DNA of 57,028 bases, filler included, from Platydemus manokwari (lineage: Eukaryota): assembly GCA_037951405.1 (NCBI GenBank). It is 4 parts of 4 records of this genome, joined end to end, with 100 filler letters (N's around TTAATTAATTAA, not from the genome) between each part and the next. Parts side by side here need not be neighbours in the genome. Positions count along the whole stretch, not along the records: positions 45,658 to 57,028 come from JBBMOY010726650.1; 3 more parts are not named here. One strand, written 5' to 3'. A program made the position numbers and the translations under genes. Below, one piece after another: positions 54,529-57,028 of the stretch. Positions within the stretch are counted from its first letter, which is position 1, and each line of letters begins with the position of its first letter. The notes below the pieces were generated by a model that worked only from the letters and a program-made list of their open reading frames with translations, searched no databases and had not been told where the DNA came from.

Positions 54529-56194
54529 CATTTTAATGTTTGGTTAAAGTTAAAAATAGGTCCTAAAATGAAATTTTTAATTTGTTGAATGTATTACAAA
54601 ATTCTATATAGTTTATTTAATTACATTCTTTAATAAAATGTTGAATTTTTTAATTAAGTACTTCAGAAGAATTACAGTTATTTGAAATCAAATATTAAAT
54701 ATACCGGAACTTCAAAATCTCCCAAAATTTGATTATTTGAAAAAAAGAAAATAGCAGGTCGAATTGCAATTTATTGAAAATTAGCCAGGACCCCTTTTTT
54801 AACATTAGAAGCACAATTTTTACAATTATTTTATAAAAATAATCAAATAAATAAATCAACATATCGGTAATAAACTAATTCAGTTTATTTTTTAAAAATT
54901 TAAATTTAAAACTCAAATAATCATATAGAAGTGTTGTGATTAGAATGAGAACTTGGTTTTAAAACTATTTTTTTCACTATTAGGCATCTTAAAAAATGAA
55001 ATATTAACTGAATTATACTAATAAATCAAACAATAGTTATATAAAATTAAGTTATAAAATTATCTGATGCGCGAAAATTAATTATAACGAAAGTAGGTCA
55101 AAGGACCCTTTTTCTTAACTTTAGCCTAATTTTTGTATTTATTACTGTTTCAAATTGTGACATCTATCTATTAATAACAATTCTTCAATTCAAACAAACA
55201 TGACATTAGTGTCATAATATTTTTATTCTAATCACCTATTATTATCATGTCAGAATTTTTTATAATAATTCTGATATTAATTTCATAAATAAATTTCATA
55301 ATTTATGATCATGCATATTTTTTAAAATAAATTGGACTCCATCTGATAACATAAAAAAGCATTATGTGTATGTTGATGTATTATTTGCGTATTTGAATGA
55401 GATATTTAGTTAACCGTTTCATTACTCGTGATTTATCTTTCTTCATCAATTTTTTCCTTAGTTCAAACGAGTTATTTATTCTTTGACCAAGTAGTTAGAG
55501 GGACGAAAAAGTCATCATGTTCTTTAACCTAATTAAATTGAAGTATTTTTAATTTTCATTCATTTATGAAACTCAACTCTCTTTTTGCCCTGATTTCAAG
55601 ATAGGATTTAAGTTAAGAATAGGAGTCATTTGACCTACTTTCAGAATTATCAATTTTCGCGCATGAGGTAATTTTATATGTTATTTTTGATTTATGTATA
55701 TATTTCAATTAATAGTATTCATATAATCCGATCAGGAATTCGAATTACGACAAAACAAAGCTTTTTAACGAAGTCCCTATTTTATTTACAACATTTCTAC
55801 GTGGTTTTTTGATTTTATAAATTTTAATTTATTTAATTATAAATGAATATACAAAATTCATGACATTTTTTAATCAAATTATTATAAAAATTAAAAATAT
55901 ATCTCAATTTTCTCATAATATCAAAAAAAGAGTTCTCGCTAATTTTTAATGAATTGCAATTTGATCTACTTTGATCCGTTTTCCAAACAATCATATTTTA
56001 TGAGATTTTGAAGCTCTATTCTATTTAATATTTTATTTTAAACAACTAAAATTCTTTTTAAGTACTCAAATCAAAAATTCAAAATGTTTTTAAAGAATGT
56101 AATTAAATGAACTATATAGATTTTTGCAATACACTCAACAAATTTAAAATTTCATTTTAGGACCTTTTTTAACTTTAACCAAATTATTTAAATG
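54529..56194. repeat. Long imperfect inverted repeat (arms ~54529-55128 and ~55602-56194, spacer ~470 bp); foldback/long-TIR non-autonomous element
   Basis: Colinear reverse-complement anchors along ~600 bp, e.g. TTTGGTTAAAGTTAAAAATAGGTCCTAAAATGAAATTT (from 54539) vs 56147-56183, and ATGCGCGAAAATT..GAAAGTAGGTCAAA.GAC (~55067-55106) vs ~55625-55664. Confidence 0.9.
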
Positions 56195-57028
56195 TTCTTA
56201 AATTCATTCTACTTTAATGAAAATTTAACTTCTTTAGAATGGAATAAATAGACTTTCAGCCAGAGACTGATTAAGAGATCAATGTTAAACTAGAATTTTA
56301 CCAAAATATAAATTTTATAAATTTCTTAACTTGAAAAAATTGGTAATGTGTTTTGCAGTGCTACTTGAAAATAGCTATTTCTGCTAATCTTTTTCCTTGA
56401 AACTTAAAATTCTTGAATTAAAGAATAAAAATGACAAATTGAAATATTGACAACGTCATCCTAAAACTTTCAAAATAAAATTTTTCAATAAAATTAATGT
56501 CATTTTAGATCAGGAAAATAAATTCGCCACGGTGATGAGTTTTATTATTGTTTCATAACTATATTCTATTTTTTAGATTTTAGCCTGGTAATTTATGAAG
56601 TACGAGGTGATCACGGAACGAGATTAAACTAAGGAAATGCACACAGTGAACACATTGATGCCTGTGAAAATCGACTACGACCCAGGACATTTTGACTATA
56701 AAACTAGAATTTCTGACTTTGCGTATCAAAGGAGAAATGTTTATGTTTTGTAATAAATCTTTGTATCTTCATCGTGTTCATTGTAAACCTCTGATTTGCA
56801 ATTTTTATGGTTTTTAAATATAACAAGTTGTAGCCAGTCCTTCTTTTGTATTTCGGCTCTTAGTTAAGTAATTTTATTTTTTTTATTCATTAAATAAAAG
56901 CTACCAATCATAACAAAATTTTAAATTAAATTTTATTATATATTTGAATAAGCTATTTTAATATAGTTTTTTGTTAAAAAAATGTTGACATTCTCCAACC
57001 TTAGGTAAGAAGAGATAGAAAATGAACT

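Noticed and set aside
1-57028. tRNA, rRNA, snRNA, SL RNA and CRISPR arrays
   Set aside because: No recognisable signatures found by eye; a covariance-model scan (Infernal/Rfam, tRNAscan-SE) would be needed to exclude small RNAs.

Overview
This is very AT-rich eukaryotic (animal) genomic DNA. Many 44-61 nt GT-AG introns and an intronless divergent GPCR suggest a planarian-type flatworm (inference). The window is four contigs joined by artificial 100-nt spacers (44 N + TTAATTAATTAA + 44 N), so gene order across 20589-20688, 29729-29828 and 45558-45657 is not evidence of linkage. Hand-assembled, phase-consistent gene models give: an hnRNP F/H-type three-qRRM splicing factor (-, 9 exons), UDP-GlcNAc pyrophosphorylase UAP1 (-, 9 exons including a 12-nt microexon), a secreted C-type lectin/PAN-like gene (+) with an upstream pseudogene twin, the 3' part of Rogdi (+, absent from the ORF track), chaperonin CCT7 (+, 6 exons) and a single-exon orphan class A GPCR (+). 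The rest is transposon debris: a non-LTR RT fragment, Gypsy integrase remnants, two hAT MITEs, several solo-LTR candidates and a ~1.7 kb foldback-like inverted repeat. I found no convincing new multi-gene system. The most interesting signal is the UAP1 microexon, flanked by a perfect branch point and downstream Rbfox/QKI-type motifs.
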